Origin: an uncultured Candidatus Rokubacteria bacterium
GTDB taxonomy: Bacteria; Methylomirabilota; Methylomirabilia; Rokubacteriales; DASRDR01
Length of the DNA: 64,000 nt
Assembly (NCBI GenBank): GCA_963708025.1
Contig: CAVPSB010000016.1
Coordinates: 288,001-352,000 of the forward strand
Direction: 5' to 3'
Part shown: positions 1 through 8,635 of the stretch, piece by piece
Layout of the letters: every line of letters begins with the position of its first letter
How positions within the stretch are numbered: position 1 is the stretch's first letter
Notes under the pieces: generated by a model
Told to the model about the DNA's origin: nothing
Databases searched by the model: none
Seen by the model: the letters and a program-made list of their open reading frames with translations, nothing else
Position numbers and translations under genes: made by a program

Positions 1-873
1 CAGGAGGTGACGCTCCCGGGGCGACCCGGCGCCACGCTCGAGGTGAGCACCACACGGATCGTGAACCGCGACGGCGCCAGCGTTGGCGCGGTCATGTTGC
101 TGGACGACCCCGCGCCCCGCTACCTGCTCCAGCGCGAGCGGCAGACCACGCAGACACTCGATCTCCTGAACCGGGTCCTCCTCCGGCTGACCGACGAGAT
201 CAAGAATCCGCTGGTCTCGATCTACACGTTCCTCGAGCTGCTCCCCCAGCGATACGACGACCCCGACTTCCGGGAGCGGTTCTTCTCGGTCGTCGGCCGC
301 GACACCAAGCACCTCATGTCGCTGGTGGACAAGCTGATCATCCTGGCCGGCGATCGCGAGTACAAGCTCGACTTCTGCGACATGCGGGAGCTGGTGAACG
401 AGACCCTGGAAGACCTCGCGCTCCGGTTCGAGCGGCCCCGGGCCTCGCAGGACGCGGCCATCTTCCTGCTCGAGGTCCCCGATCGGCAGAGCCGGCTCAC
501 CGCGGTGCTCTACGCGCCGAAGACCGACCTGATGGTCAAGGCCGACCGGGACCAGCTCGGCAAGGCGCTCGGCTATGTGATCCGTTTCCTGATGGCCCGG
601 GTCGAGCCGGACGGGCGGCTGGCGATCCACGTGCTGCCCGACCCCGACCACCCCCGCCTCCTGCGACTGTCGATCGTCGGCAAGCCCGCCGTCCTCTCCC
701 CCGAGGAGCGGGAGCGGCTGTTCAGCCCACTGGCCATCGCCTCCGAGCGGCTCCTCGACGTCGGGCCGTCGGTCAGCCAGAAGATCGTCGAAGCGCACGG
801 GGGCCGGCTAAGCGTGGGCGGCCCCGAGGGGGAGATCCGGTTCGTGCTGACGCTGCCCCGCACGAGTCAGTAG
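1..873 (+). CDS. Histidine kinase-like protein, C-terminal part (5' end outside window); degenerate H-box and ATP-binding boxes, probable pseudokinase
   Basis: Frame open from base 1. HisKA-like RLTDEIKNPLVSI with D where H is expected; C-terminal KIVEAHGGRL..F.LTLP typical of HATPase_c; N-box and G-boxes eroded. Confidence 0.8.
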   Translation, partial: QEVTLPGRPGATLEVSTTRIVNRDGASVGAVMLLDDPAPRYLLQRERQTTQTLDLLNRVLLRLTDEIKNPLVSIYTFLELLPQRYDDPDFRERFFSVVGRDTKHLMSLVDKLIILAGDREYKLDFCDMRELVNETLEDLALRFERPRASQDAAIFLLEVPDRQSRLTAVLYAPKTDLMVKADRDQLGKALGYVIRFLMARVEPDGRLAIHVLPDPDHPRLLRLSIVGKPAVLSPEERERLFSPLAIASERLLDVGPSVSQKIVEAHGGRLSVGGPEGEIRFVLTLPRTSQ

Positions 874-883
874 CGACCCACCC

Positions 884-3235
884 ATGGCCATGTCGGCGAC
901 CGAGCCCCGCGTGCTGGTGGTGGACGACGAGGAAGGCCCCCGCGAGGCCATCCGGATGATCCTCAAGCCGCGCTACCACGTCACCCTGGCGGGGAGCGGC
1001 GAGGAGGTCCTGAACTCGCTCCCCGCCCTCCGTCCCGACGTCATCTTCATGGACGTGAAGATGCCCCGGATCGACGGCGTGCAGCTGCTCGAGCGCGTCA
1101 AGGCGGTCGACCCGCTGGTCGAGGTCGTGATGATCACAGCTTACGCCTCGCTCGACACGGTGCAGCGGGCGATGCGGTTCGGCGCGATGGATTACCTCGT
1201 CAAGCCGTTCGCGCCCAAGGAGCTGGAGGAAGCGGCCGAGCGCGCGCTGGCCCGCCGGCGCGAGCGCTCGGCGGCGCCGGCCCGGGGGCTGACCACGCTC
1301 ATCGGACAGATGCGGGACCTGGCTCGCCGCGGCGAGCCGGCCGCCGGTCAGCTCGAGGGCGCCGACGACCTGCCCGGGCTGCTCCGGGCGATGCTGCGCG
1401 AGGTGCAGCGGGCGACGGGCGCGGTGGCCGCCTCGTTCTTCGGGACCGAGCCGGCCGCGGTCGTGCACTCGGACCTGCCGCCGGGGGCGGCGGAGGCGCT
1501 GGCCAGCTCCTGGAAGGCGGCGCTGGGGAGGGTTCGCGAGCCGCTGTGGTTCCGGCCCGGCGCCGGTCGCTTCCTGCCGTGGCCGGCCGGCCTGGCGCTC
1601 GAGAACGTGGACGTCCGGGGCATCCTGGTGGTGCCGGTCGCCGACGACGGGCTCCCACGCGTCGCCGGCCACCTCGCCCTCTTCCTGAGCCGCTCGGCGT
1701 TGGACGCCCCCCCCGACCTCACGCCCCTCCGTCCGGTCCTCGACCTCATGGTCACCGCCATCCGCACCTCGCTGCTCCTCGCCTCGGCGGCCCGCCAGGC
1801 GACCGAGCAGTCGCTCCGGGCGGTGCAGCGGGAGATCCTGCGCCAGATCTCGGCCGCGGTCCTCGAGGACCCCGCCCTCGACCGGACGCTGGCCGCGATC
1901 ACCGAGCAGCTCCAGCACGGCGCCGGCTACCAGCGGGTTCAGGTGCTGCTCGAGCCGGACGGACCGCCGCCGGCCGACACGCCGGCCCGTGGTGTCTTCG
2001 CGCTCGTCGCCCAGGGCCGCCGGCTCGGACACCTGGTCGTCGAGGCCAGCGGCAGCGCCCGCGTCCTCGACCGCAGCGAGCGCGAGCTGCTCCGCATGTT
2101 CTCGGAGTCCGTCGCGCTCGTCGTGCGCAACGCCAACCTTCACCGGGAGCTGTCTGAAGCCAACACCTTCCTCGGCAACCTGATCCAGTCGGCGGCCGAC
2201 GTGATCATCGCGCTGGATCCCGAGCGCCGGGTGGTCACCTGGAACCCCTCGGCCGAGCGCATCCTGGGCATGCGGCTCGACGAGGTGCGGGACCGCCCGC
2301 TGGCCGAGGTGCTCCCGCCCCCCGTCCTCCTCGAGCTGGAGCCGGTCATGGCGAATCCCCGGGGCAGCCGGACCGTGAGGCTCCGCACCGACGGGGGCGA
2401 GGGGGCCAGCCTCGACCTCACCGTCACCTGCTCGCCGATCCCCTGGGGCGGCCGCGGGGAGGCGGGTCTCCTCCTGGTGGCGAAGGACGTGACCGAGCAG
2501 CGCCGCTGGGAAGAGCAGCTGGCGCGCTCCGAGAAGCTCTCCGCGCTCGGCAAGCTCGCGATGGGGATGGCCCACGACTTCAACAACCTCCTGCAGGCGA
2601 TCCTGGGGCACGCCCAGCTCATCGCCAGCGAGCCGACGCCCGACCGCCTCTCCAAGGGGCTGACGACCATCGAGCAGGCGGTCCGGGACGGCGTGGAGAC
2701 GGTGGGTCGGATCAAGCGCTACGCCCGGCGGGAGAGCGAGAGCAAGCCCGAGCCCGTCGATCTGCGCGACGTCGTGCGCCAGGTGGTGGAGATCGCGTGG
2801 CCCCGCTGGGCCCACGGCGGCCGCACCGGCGCCGCCATCCGCGTCCAGCAGGACCTCCAGCCGGTGCCGCCGGTGTGGGCGCGCGGGGCCGAACTGCGCG
2901 AGGTGTTGATGAACCTGGTCCTGAACGCCGTGGACGCGATGCCGCAGGGCGGGGTCGTCGGGCTGGAGACCCGGCGGGAGGGCGAGTGGGCCATCCTGGT
3001 CGTCTCCGACACCGGGACCGGCATCCCGCCCGATCTGCGGCGCCGGATCTTCGAGCCCTTCTTCACCACCAAGGAGACGGGGACGGGGCTCGGCCTGTCC
3101 ATCGTCTCGGGCATCATCTCCAGCTACGGCGGCACCATCGAGGTGGAGGCGGAACCCGGCCGGGGCACGACCTTCATCATCCGGCTGCCGATCACGAGCG
3201 ACCCACCCATCAACGGCGGCCGCAGCCCGGCCTAG
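884..3235 (+). CDS. Hybrid sensor kinase: N-terminal receiver, GAF-like region, PAS, HisKA, HATPase_c
   Basis: REC VLVVDDE..FMDVKMP..KPF; PAS IIALDPERRVVTWNPSAERILG; H-box MAHDFNNLL; N-box NLVLNAVDAM; DTGTG, FEPFFTTK, GTGLGL. Confidence 0.92.
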   Translation: MAMSATEPRVLVVDDEEGPREAIRMILKPRYHVTLAGSGEEVLNSLPALRPDVIFMDVKMPRIDGVQLLERVKAVDPLVEVVMITAYASLDTVQRAMRFGAMDYLVKPFAPKELEEAAERALARRRERSAAPARGLTTLIGQMRDLARRGEPAAGQLEGADDLPGLLRAMLREVQRATGAVAASFFGTEPAAVVHSDLPPGAAEALASSWKAALGRVREPLWFRPGAGRFLPWPAGLALENVDVRGILVVPVADDGLPRVAGHLALFLSRSALDAPPDLTPLRPVLDLMVTAIRTSLLLASAARQATEQSLRAVQREILRQISAAVLEDPALDRTLAAITEQLQHGAGYQRVQVLLEPDGPPPADTPARGVFALVAQGRRLGHLVVEASGSARVLDRSERELLRMFSESVALVVRNANLHRELSEANTFLGNLIQSAADVIIALDPERRVVTWNPSAERILGMRLDEVRDRPLAEVLPPPVLLELEPVMANPRGSRTVRLRTDGGEGASLDLTVTCSPIPWGGRGEAGLLLVAKDVTEQRRWEEQLARSEKLSALGKLAMGMAHDFNNLLQAILGHAQLIASEPTPDRLSKGLTTIEQAVRDGVETVGRIKRYARRESESKPEPVDLRDVVRQVVEIAWPRWAHGGRTGAAIRVQQDLQPVPPVWARGAELREVLMNLVLNAVDAMPQGGVVGLETRREGEWAILVVSDTGTGIPPDLRRRIFEPFFTTKETGTGLGLSIVSGIISSYGGTIEVEAEPGRGTTFIIRLPITSDPPINGGRSPA

Positions 3236-3239
3236 GTCC

Positions 3240-3307
3240 TTCGGGGGGGTCTCGGAAGACCCCCCCGATGCCCCCCCGTCGTTGCGCCGGCGAAGCCGGC
3301 GCTCGGA
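3240..3307 (+). repeat. Post-stop hairpin repeat family 1, copy a
   Basis: ttcgggggggtctcggaagacccccccgatgcccccccgtcgttgcgccggcgaagccggcgctcgga, 4 nt after TAG 3235; related copies at about 11816, 16441, 27064, 49300. Confidence 0.85.
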
Positions 3308-3415
3308 GGCTCTTCGTGGCTCACGTCGCACGGCCCGCGACAGGACATGCTCGGACGGACTCCTCGAGTTTGGGGCGGGCGGGCCGCTTCGTCTTCCGTC
3401 TCGGCCGCCGGCAGG

Positions 3416-4201
3416 TCAGGCGCCGGCGATGCGGACCGCGAACGAGGTGCCGAGCATCAGCGACGACGTGATCGCTTCCGGGCGCCGGTGGGCGCCGAAG
3501 ACGATCCGGGCCGGCTGGTCCGCCAGGGCCCAGGACGAAAAGCGCGTCAGGTCGAAGAGCGCCGTGGCCCGACCCGTCTCCGGCTCCGCGGCCAGCCGCA
3601 GGACGAACGGCACCAGCTCCGCCCGGTAGCGACGCTCGACGTCGTCCAGGCCCTCACTCGTCGGCCGGTGCCGGCGGACGACCTGGGTCCGGAGCGTGCC
3701 GTCGGGCTGAGGCGGCCACCGCTCGTCGGCGTAGTTGAGCACCGCGCTCAGGGCGTCGTCGACGCGGGCGTCGGACGGCATCGGGAGCACGTCGTCGGCG
3801 ACACGGCGGCGCCGCAGGAAGAACGTCTCGCTCCGGCTGTGATACTCGATGGCCCGCTGGTCGTAGTCGTAGGCGATGCTCAGGCGCGATTCCCGGCCAT
3901 GGACGAGGAAGAGCGAATTGGTCCGCAGGGGCGCCCACCGGTCCTCGAGCAGGAGCCCCGACGCGTCCAGCGCCTGGGTGATGCCGCTCCCCTGACCCCG
4001 GATCCTCACCGCGTAGCGCCGGCCCGGCCGGTCCACCGTCTCGTCGATCGTCCCCGCCACCTGAAAGCGCAGGGCGCCGTACAGGATGCCCACGTCGGCG
4101 GTGAAAGCCTCCTGGCGACTGTCGACGGCCCCCCGCGCCGCGCGGGCCGGCGCCAGGGCCAGGGCCAGCGCCAGCGCCAGGAACTCCCGCCGGTCGAGCA
4201 T
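3416..4201 (-). CDS. Exported protein of unknown function with twin-arginine-type signal peptide
   Basis: Begins MLDRREFLALALALALAPARA; ATG 4201 overlaps the upstream TGA (TGATG); beta-rich mature part. Confidence 0.75.
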   Translation of the reverse strand: MLDRREFLALALALALAPARAARGAVDSRQEAFTADVGILYGALRFQVAGTIDETVDRPGRRYAVRIRGQGSGITQALDASGLLLEDRWAPLRTNSLFLVHGRESRLSIAYDYDQRAIEYHSRSETFFLRRRRVADDVLPMPSDARVDDALSAVLNYADERWPPQPDGTLRTQVVRRHRPTSEGLDDVERRYRAELVPFVLRLAAEPETGRATALFDLTRFSSWALADQPARIVFGAHRRPEAITSSLMLGTSFAVRIAGA

Positions 4202-5271
4202 CACGACTCGGCGAAGCGAACGACGGTCTTGATGTCGTCCGGCTCCCGCTTCACCGCCGCCTCGAAGCGATCGGGCGGCAGCTGGCGCGTCACGAGGCCC
4301 TCCAGCAGTCCGGGCCACCGGCGGGCCCAGGCCGCCATGTGCCGCGCGCCCGCCTCGAAGTCGCGGCGGCTCGCGTTGACGCTGCCGAACACGACCTGGT
4401 TGGCCAGCACCGCCTGGAGGTTGAAGCGCGCCAGCGGGACCTCCAGGGCCGCGTCCCCGCCGGAGACGCCGAGGAGGCAGAGGACGCCGTTGGTGCCGGG
4501 CGTCATGAGCGCCTCGCGGATCACCGGTGGCGCCCCCGTGCACTCGAGGACCAGGTCGAGGTTCCCGAGCCGGGCCGGCAGCTCGGCGAGCGGCGCCTGG
4601 TCGGCCTGGAACGCGCCGGCGCCAATCCGCTCGAGCCAGGCCACCCGGCGGGGCCCCACGTGGCGGCTCCAGAGCGTCGTCTCCAGGCCCAGGCTCCGGG
4701 TGAGCGCGGCCCCGAGGAGCCCGATCGGCCCCGCCCCCAGCACGACCGCCCGGCGCGGCCGCCAGCGCAGCCGGCGCTGGAGGCGGTAGGCCTGGTCCAC
4801 GCCCTTCTCGACCACGGTCAGCGGCTCGAGGAGCATGGCGACGGGCCGGAGAGGCCGCGCCAGCGGCACGAGGTATGCCGGGGCCTCGGCGAAGCGCTCG
4901 GCCATGAAGCCGTCGAGCCCCATGATGCCGCGCTCCCGGTAGTGTCCGGTGAGGCACATGTCCTGCTCGCCGGCCCGGCAGTTGAGGCAGCGCTCGGGGC
5001 AGGGCCGCCGCACCATCGGCACGACGAGATCCCCCGCCCGCAGACGGCCGGCGGCCCGCTCGACGACCCCGCACGCCTCGTGGCCCAGAACGAGGCGGTC
5101 GGCGCCGGCCGGGGCGGCGCCGTAGAGGCCGGCCAGGATCTCCTGGTCGGTGCCGCAAACGCCGACCGCCAGCGTGCGGACCTCGGCCTCGCCGCGCCGG
5201 CTGCGCGGCGGGTCGACCTCCAGGCAGCGGGCGCTGCCGGGCTGGCGGGGGACGACCGCGACCGCCTTCAC
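4201..5271 (-). CDS. Zinc-binding MDR-family dehydrogenase, glucose 1-dehydrogenase-like
   Basis: GVCGTD, LGHEACG, structural Zn cysteines CPERCLNC..MC, Rossmann VLGAGPIG, VFGSVNA. Confidence 0.85.
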   Translation of the reverse strand: MKAVAVVPRQPGSARCLEVDPPRSRRGEAEVRTLAVGVCGTDQEILAGLYGAAPAGADRLVLGHEACGVVERAAGRLRAGDLVVPMVRRPCPERCLNCRAGEQDMCLTGHYRERGIMGLDGFMAERFAEAPAYLVPLARPLRPVAMLLEPLTVVEKGVDQAYRLQRRLRWRPRRAVVLGAGPIGLLGAALTRSLGLETTLWSRHVGPRRVAWLERIGAGAFQADQAPLAELPARLGNLDLVLECTGAPPVIREALMTPGTNGVLCLLGVSGGDAALEVPLARFNLQAVLANQVVFGSVNASRRDFEAGARHMAAWARRWPGLLEGLVTRQLPPDRFEAAVKREPDDIKTVVRFAES

Positions 5272-5277
5272 GGCTTC

Positions 5278-5320
5278 AGCATGCCGGCCTCAGCCCTCGA
5301 TTTGCAAGCACTCGGTGCCG
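5278..5320 (-). promoter_or_regulatory. 43-bp direct repeat copy 1 containing sigma70-like TTGCAA-N18-CATGCT; leaderless start of the dehydrogenase
   Basis: 36/43 identical by manual count to 5866-5908; GTG start 6 nt after the -10 hexamer. Confidence 0.6.
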
Positions 5321-5339
5321 AGCTCCTCCGTCGGGCGAG

Positions 5340-5804
5340 CTACGGCAGCCTCGGCACTCCGCCGTCGGCGATCGACTCGCCGTACCACATCCGCGAGACG
5401 CCGGCCCAGTAGGCGCCGGCCTGACACATGGGGCAGGCCCGCGCCGTGCCGTACATCTCGCATCGCGACAGGTCGCGGGTTCCGAGCCGGCGGGCGGCGT
5501 CGCGGATCGCCTGCAGCTCCGCGTGAGCGGTCGGATCGGGGGCGGTGACCACCGCGCTCGCGCCCTCGCCGACGATTCGTCCATCTCGCACGATCACAGC
5601 TCCGTAGGGCTGGTCGCCCCGCTCGATGGCCAGGCGGCGCATCTCGAACGCTCGCCGCATGAACGCTTCGCGAGTCGGCTGGGCGGGCTGCACGATCTCG
5701 GCCTGCGCGTCGTTCGCTGCGCGCGCCGGCCAGACCGAGACCAGCACACCCAGACCAGCGAGCGCGAGCAACGCCTGGCGCCGGGTCTCACATGGGCATT
5801 GCAT
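5340..5804 (-). CDS. Zinc-dependent nucleoside/nucleobase deaminase (cytidine deaminase superfamily) with Tat-like signal peptide
   Basis: PYGAVIV, HAELQAIR, CPMC motifs; N-terminus TRRQALLALAGLGVLVSVWPARA; GAGGAG RBS before ATG 5804. Confidence 0.85.
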   Translation of the reverse strand: MQCPCETRRQALLALAGLGVLVSVWPARAANDAQAEIVQPAQPTREAFMRRAFEMRRLAIERGDQPYGAVIVRDGRIVGEGASAVVTAPDPTAHAELQAIRDAARRLGTRDLSRCEMYGTARACPMCQAGAYWAGVSRMWYGESIADGGVPRLP

Positions 5805-5865
5805 GGCGTCTCCTCGGTACAGCCTGTCCACGCGGAGGTCACGCGCCCAGCTCGGCGGTCCCGCT

Positions 5866-5908
5866 AGCATGCCGGCCTCAGCCTCGGGCTTGCAAGCGGT
5901 CGGTGCCG
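5866..5908 (-). repeat. 43-bp direct repeat copy 2 (3' end of the DMT gene plus promoter-like motif)
   Basis: agcatgccggcctcagcctcgggcttgcaagcggtcggtgccg, matches 5278-5320. Confidence 0.75.
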
Positions 5909-6795
5909 GGCGCCCGCCGCGCGGTCAGCCAGACGCCGGCCAGGATCGCGGCCGTGCCCAGCCCCTGGGCCGCCGACAGCCGCTCGCCGAGGATCAGCGT
6001 CGCGAGCAGCACGCCCACCAGCGGCTGGAGGTTCATGAAGACAGCGGTGACCGACGGCCCGACGCTCTGAATGCCCCGGTAGTACCAGATGTGCGAGAGG
6101 GTGCCAAGCGTGCCCTGGAAGGCGACGACGCTCCAGGCGGGGACGGACGTCAGCACGGCCGCCGGGAAGGCGGGGGCCAGGAGCACGGCCAGCGGGACCA
6201 GGAAGGCGGTGCCGATGAGGTAGGCGGCGGTGGTCGCCACCCGGGGAGAGAGGCGGGTCAGGACGCGCTTCCCGTACAGCGTGTAGGTCGCCCACGCCAC
6301 CTGCCCGGCCAGGACGAGGCCGTCACCCGGGGTCGGCGGTGTCTCCAGGAGACGGACCTCGCCGCGGGTCACCGTGAGCAGGACGCCGACGGCCGAGCAG
6401 GCGACCCCCGACCACTGACGGGCGGAGAGACGCTCGTTGATGAAGAAGTGCCCGCCCACCGCGACGAGCACCGGCGTCGAGGCGGTGAGGATCACCGCGT
6501 TGGTGGCGGTCGTGAGCGAGACCGCCAGGTAGAAGATACCGGTGGACACCGTGATGCCGGAGACGCCGAGCACGACGAGGCCGGCCAGATCGCCCCGCGT
6601 GATCGGCGGCTCTCCCGGCGAGGACGACCGCCAGAGAATGACCGCCAGGATGGTCGAGGCCAGCACGCAGCGAAAGGCCGCCAGCGTGAAGGGCGGCATG
6701 TCGCGCAGCGCGATCTTGACCAGGGTCGGGTAGCTTCCCCAGATGACGACGACCATGACGAGCAGGAGATAGATCCGCAGGCGGGGGTCGGGCAC
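5878..6795 (-). CDS. DMT/EamA-family transporter
   Basis: IWGSY..K, PPFTLAAFR, about 10 hydrophobic segments, LILGERLS; TATACT -10 at 6805-6810; start codon approximate. Confidence 0.9.
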   Translation of the reverse strand: MPDPRLRIYLLLVMVVVIWGSYPTLVKIALRDMPPFTLAAFRCVLASTILAVILWRSSSPGEPPITRGDLAGLVVLGVSGITVSTGIFYLAVSLTTATNAVILTASTPVLVAVGGHFFINERLSARQWSGVACSAVGVLLTVTRGEVRLLETPPTPGDGLVLAGQVAWATYTLYGKRVLTRLSPRVATTAAYLIGTAFLVPLAVLLAPAFPAAVLTSVPAWSVVAFQGTLGTLSHIWYYRGIQSVGPSVTAVFMNLQPLVGVLLATLILGERLSAAQGLGTAAILAGVWLTARRAPGTDRLQARG

Positions 6796-6866
6796 GACCA
6801 CGGCAGTATACCGCGCGACGACTCGACGCTTGCGGCCGGCGGCCCGTTGCGGGCAAGATCGGGACC

Positions 6867-7544
6867 GTGCCGCCACCCCGCCGGCCGCCTCCACGCTCCC
6901 CCCGCGGTCCGAGCCGGGGATGGTCGGCCCGGCGGGTGCCGATCCTGGTCGGCGCCCTCGCGGTGGTGGCCGTGGGCTCCTACTGGTGGGCCGGCGCGCC
7001 GCCCGGTCCGCCGCCGCTCGATCCCGGCCGGGACGTCATCGTCTTCCTCGGCGACAGCATTACCTCGGGCCACGGGCTGCCGCTCCCGCTCACCTTCCCG
7101 CATCGGGTCGGGGACAGTCTCGGGGTGGACATCCGGAACGCCGGGATCCCGGGTGACCTCACGGCGGGCGGCCTGGCCCGCCTCGACCGCGACGTCCTGG
7201 CTCACCGGCCGAAGCTGGTGGTCGTGGAGCTCGGGGTGAACGACGCCTTCCGGCGACTACCGGCCGGGCAGACGCTCGGCAACCTGCGGGCGATCGTGCG
7301 GCGGATCCGGCAAGACGGCGCGGGCGTGCTCCTCGTTCACATCGATCCCCGGCCGATCGGGCCCGACAACTACCGCCAGGGGTACAAGGACCTCGCCCGG
7401 GCAGAGGGGACGTGGCTCGTCGAGGACTTCCTGACCGGCGTCGCCCCGGGACTCACCACCGACGGGCTCCACCCCAACGAGGAGGGCCACGCCCGCCTGG
7501 CCGCCAGGCTGGAGCCGGTGCTGCGAGAAATCCTCGCCCGGTGA
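6867..7544 (+). CDS. SGNH/GDSL-family esterase (TesA/arylesterase-like), membrane-anchored
   Basis: FLGDSITSG, NAGIPGD, ELGVND, DGLHPN; true start may be GTG about 6936. Confidence 0.9.
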   Translation: MPPPRRPPPRSPRGPSRGWSARRVPILVGALAVVAVGSYWWAGAPPGPPPLDPGRDVIVFLGDSITSGHGLPLPLTFPHRVGDSLGVDIRNAGIPGDLTAGGLARLDRDVLAHRPKLVVVELGVNDAFRRLPAGQTLGNLRAIVRRIRQDGAGVLLVHIDPRPIGPDNYRQGYKDLARAEGTWLVEDFLTGVAPGLTTDGLHPNEEGHARLAARLEPVLREILAR

Positions 7545-7554
7545 CCGGGCCCGG

Positions 7555-8622
7555 CTACTTGATGCCCTTGATGCGGAGGCGGAGGTTGTTGGGGCTGTCG
7601 GCGAACTGGAGGGCCGCTTCCTGCGTGATCTTCTTCTCCTGGAAGAGCTTGAGGAGCGCCTGGTCGAGCGTCTGGAGCCCGTCGCTGAGCCCCTCCTCGA
7701 TCGCCTGACGGATCGTCTCCAGCTCGCCGCGCCGGATCAGCGCCTGGATCCGCGGCGTGTTCAGCATGATCTCCAGCGCGGCGACGCGGCCCTTGCCGTC
7801 CACCCGCGGCACCAGCCGCTGGGCGATGACCGCCCGGAGCAGCAGCGAGATCTGCATCAGGATGGATTCCCGGACGTCGGGCGTGAAGAAGTTCAGGAGC
7901 CGCTCGACGGCGCTGGTGGCGTTGGTGGCGTGGAGGGTGGAGAGCACGAGGTGGCCCGTCTCGGCCGAGTGGAGGGCGGTCGCCACCGTCTCGCGATCGC
8001 GCAGCTCCCCCACGAAGATCACGTCGGGCGCCTGGCGCAGGGCGTTCTGGAGCGCCACCAGGTAGGACTCGGTGTCGATCCCCACCTCCCGCTGGGAGAT
8101 GACGCTGCGCCGGCGCTCGTGGATGAATTCCACCGGGTCCTCGATCGTCACGATGTGGCCGGGCGCGTTCAGGTTCCGGTGGTGGATCATGGCGGCCACC
8201 GTCGTCGACTTCCCGGCCCCGGTGGCGCCGACGACGAGGATGAGCCCCTGGCGCTCGAGCCCCAGGCTGCCGAGGATCGGCGGCAGATCCAGCGCCTCGA
8301 ACGTCGGCACCTCCGTCTTCACCCGGCGGAGAACCAGGCCCGTCGCGCCGAGCGTCCGGTAGCAGTTCAGGCGGAACCGGCCGTGAGCCTGGTGCACGTA
8401 GGAGAGGTTCGCCTCCCCGGCCGCCTCGAACGCCTTCCGCTGGACCTCGGGCACGAGCGTGATCAGGAGCTTCTGCATGTCGAGCCGGTTCAGGGGCGGG
8501 GCTCCGTCCAGCGGCTTCGAGACGCCGTCGACCTTGAGGGTCGGGGGCGTGCCCTCGATCAGAAAGACGTCGGACGCGTTGGTCGCGACGGCGGTGGCGA
8601 GGATCGGGTCCAGATCGGTCAC
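7555..8622 (-). CDS. pilU: Type IV pilus retraction ATPase, PilU-like
   Basis: Walker A GATGAGKST, TIEDPVEF, LRQAPDVIFVGELRD, GHLVLSTLHAT; lacks AIRNLIRE; directly downstream of pilT. Confidence 0.85.
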   Translation of the reverse strand: MTDLDPILATAVATNASDVFLIEGTPPTLKVDGVSKPLDGAPPLNRLDMQKLLITLVPEVQRKAFEAAGEANLSYVHQAHGRFRLNCYRTLGATGLVLRRVKTEVPTFEALDLPPILGSLGLERQGLILVVGATGAGKSTTVAAMIHHRNLNAPGHIVTIEDPVEFIHERRRSVISQREVGIDTESYLVALQNALRQAPDVIFVGELRDRETVATALHSAETGHLVLSTLHATNATSAVERLLNFFTPDVRESILMQISLLLRAVIAQRLVPRVDGKGRVAALEIMLNTPRIQALIRRGELETIRQAIEEGLSDGLQTLDQALLKLFQEKKITQEAALQFADSPNNLRLRIKGIK

Positions 8623-8635
8623 GGGCGGCGTCCGA

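Noticed and set aside
773-3331. Long antisense and alternate-frame ORFs (e.g. 852 aa here, 937 aa at 54136-56949, 812 aa at 50945-53383)
   Set aside because: Shadow ORFs of high-GC coding sequence: Arg/Gly/Pro-rich, no recognisable motifs, overlapping well-supported genes.
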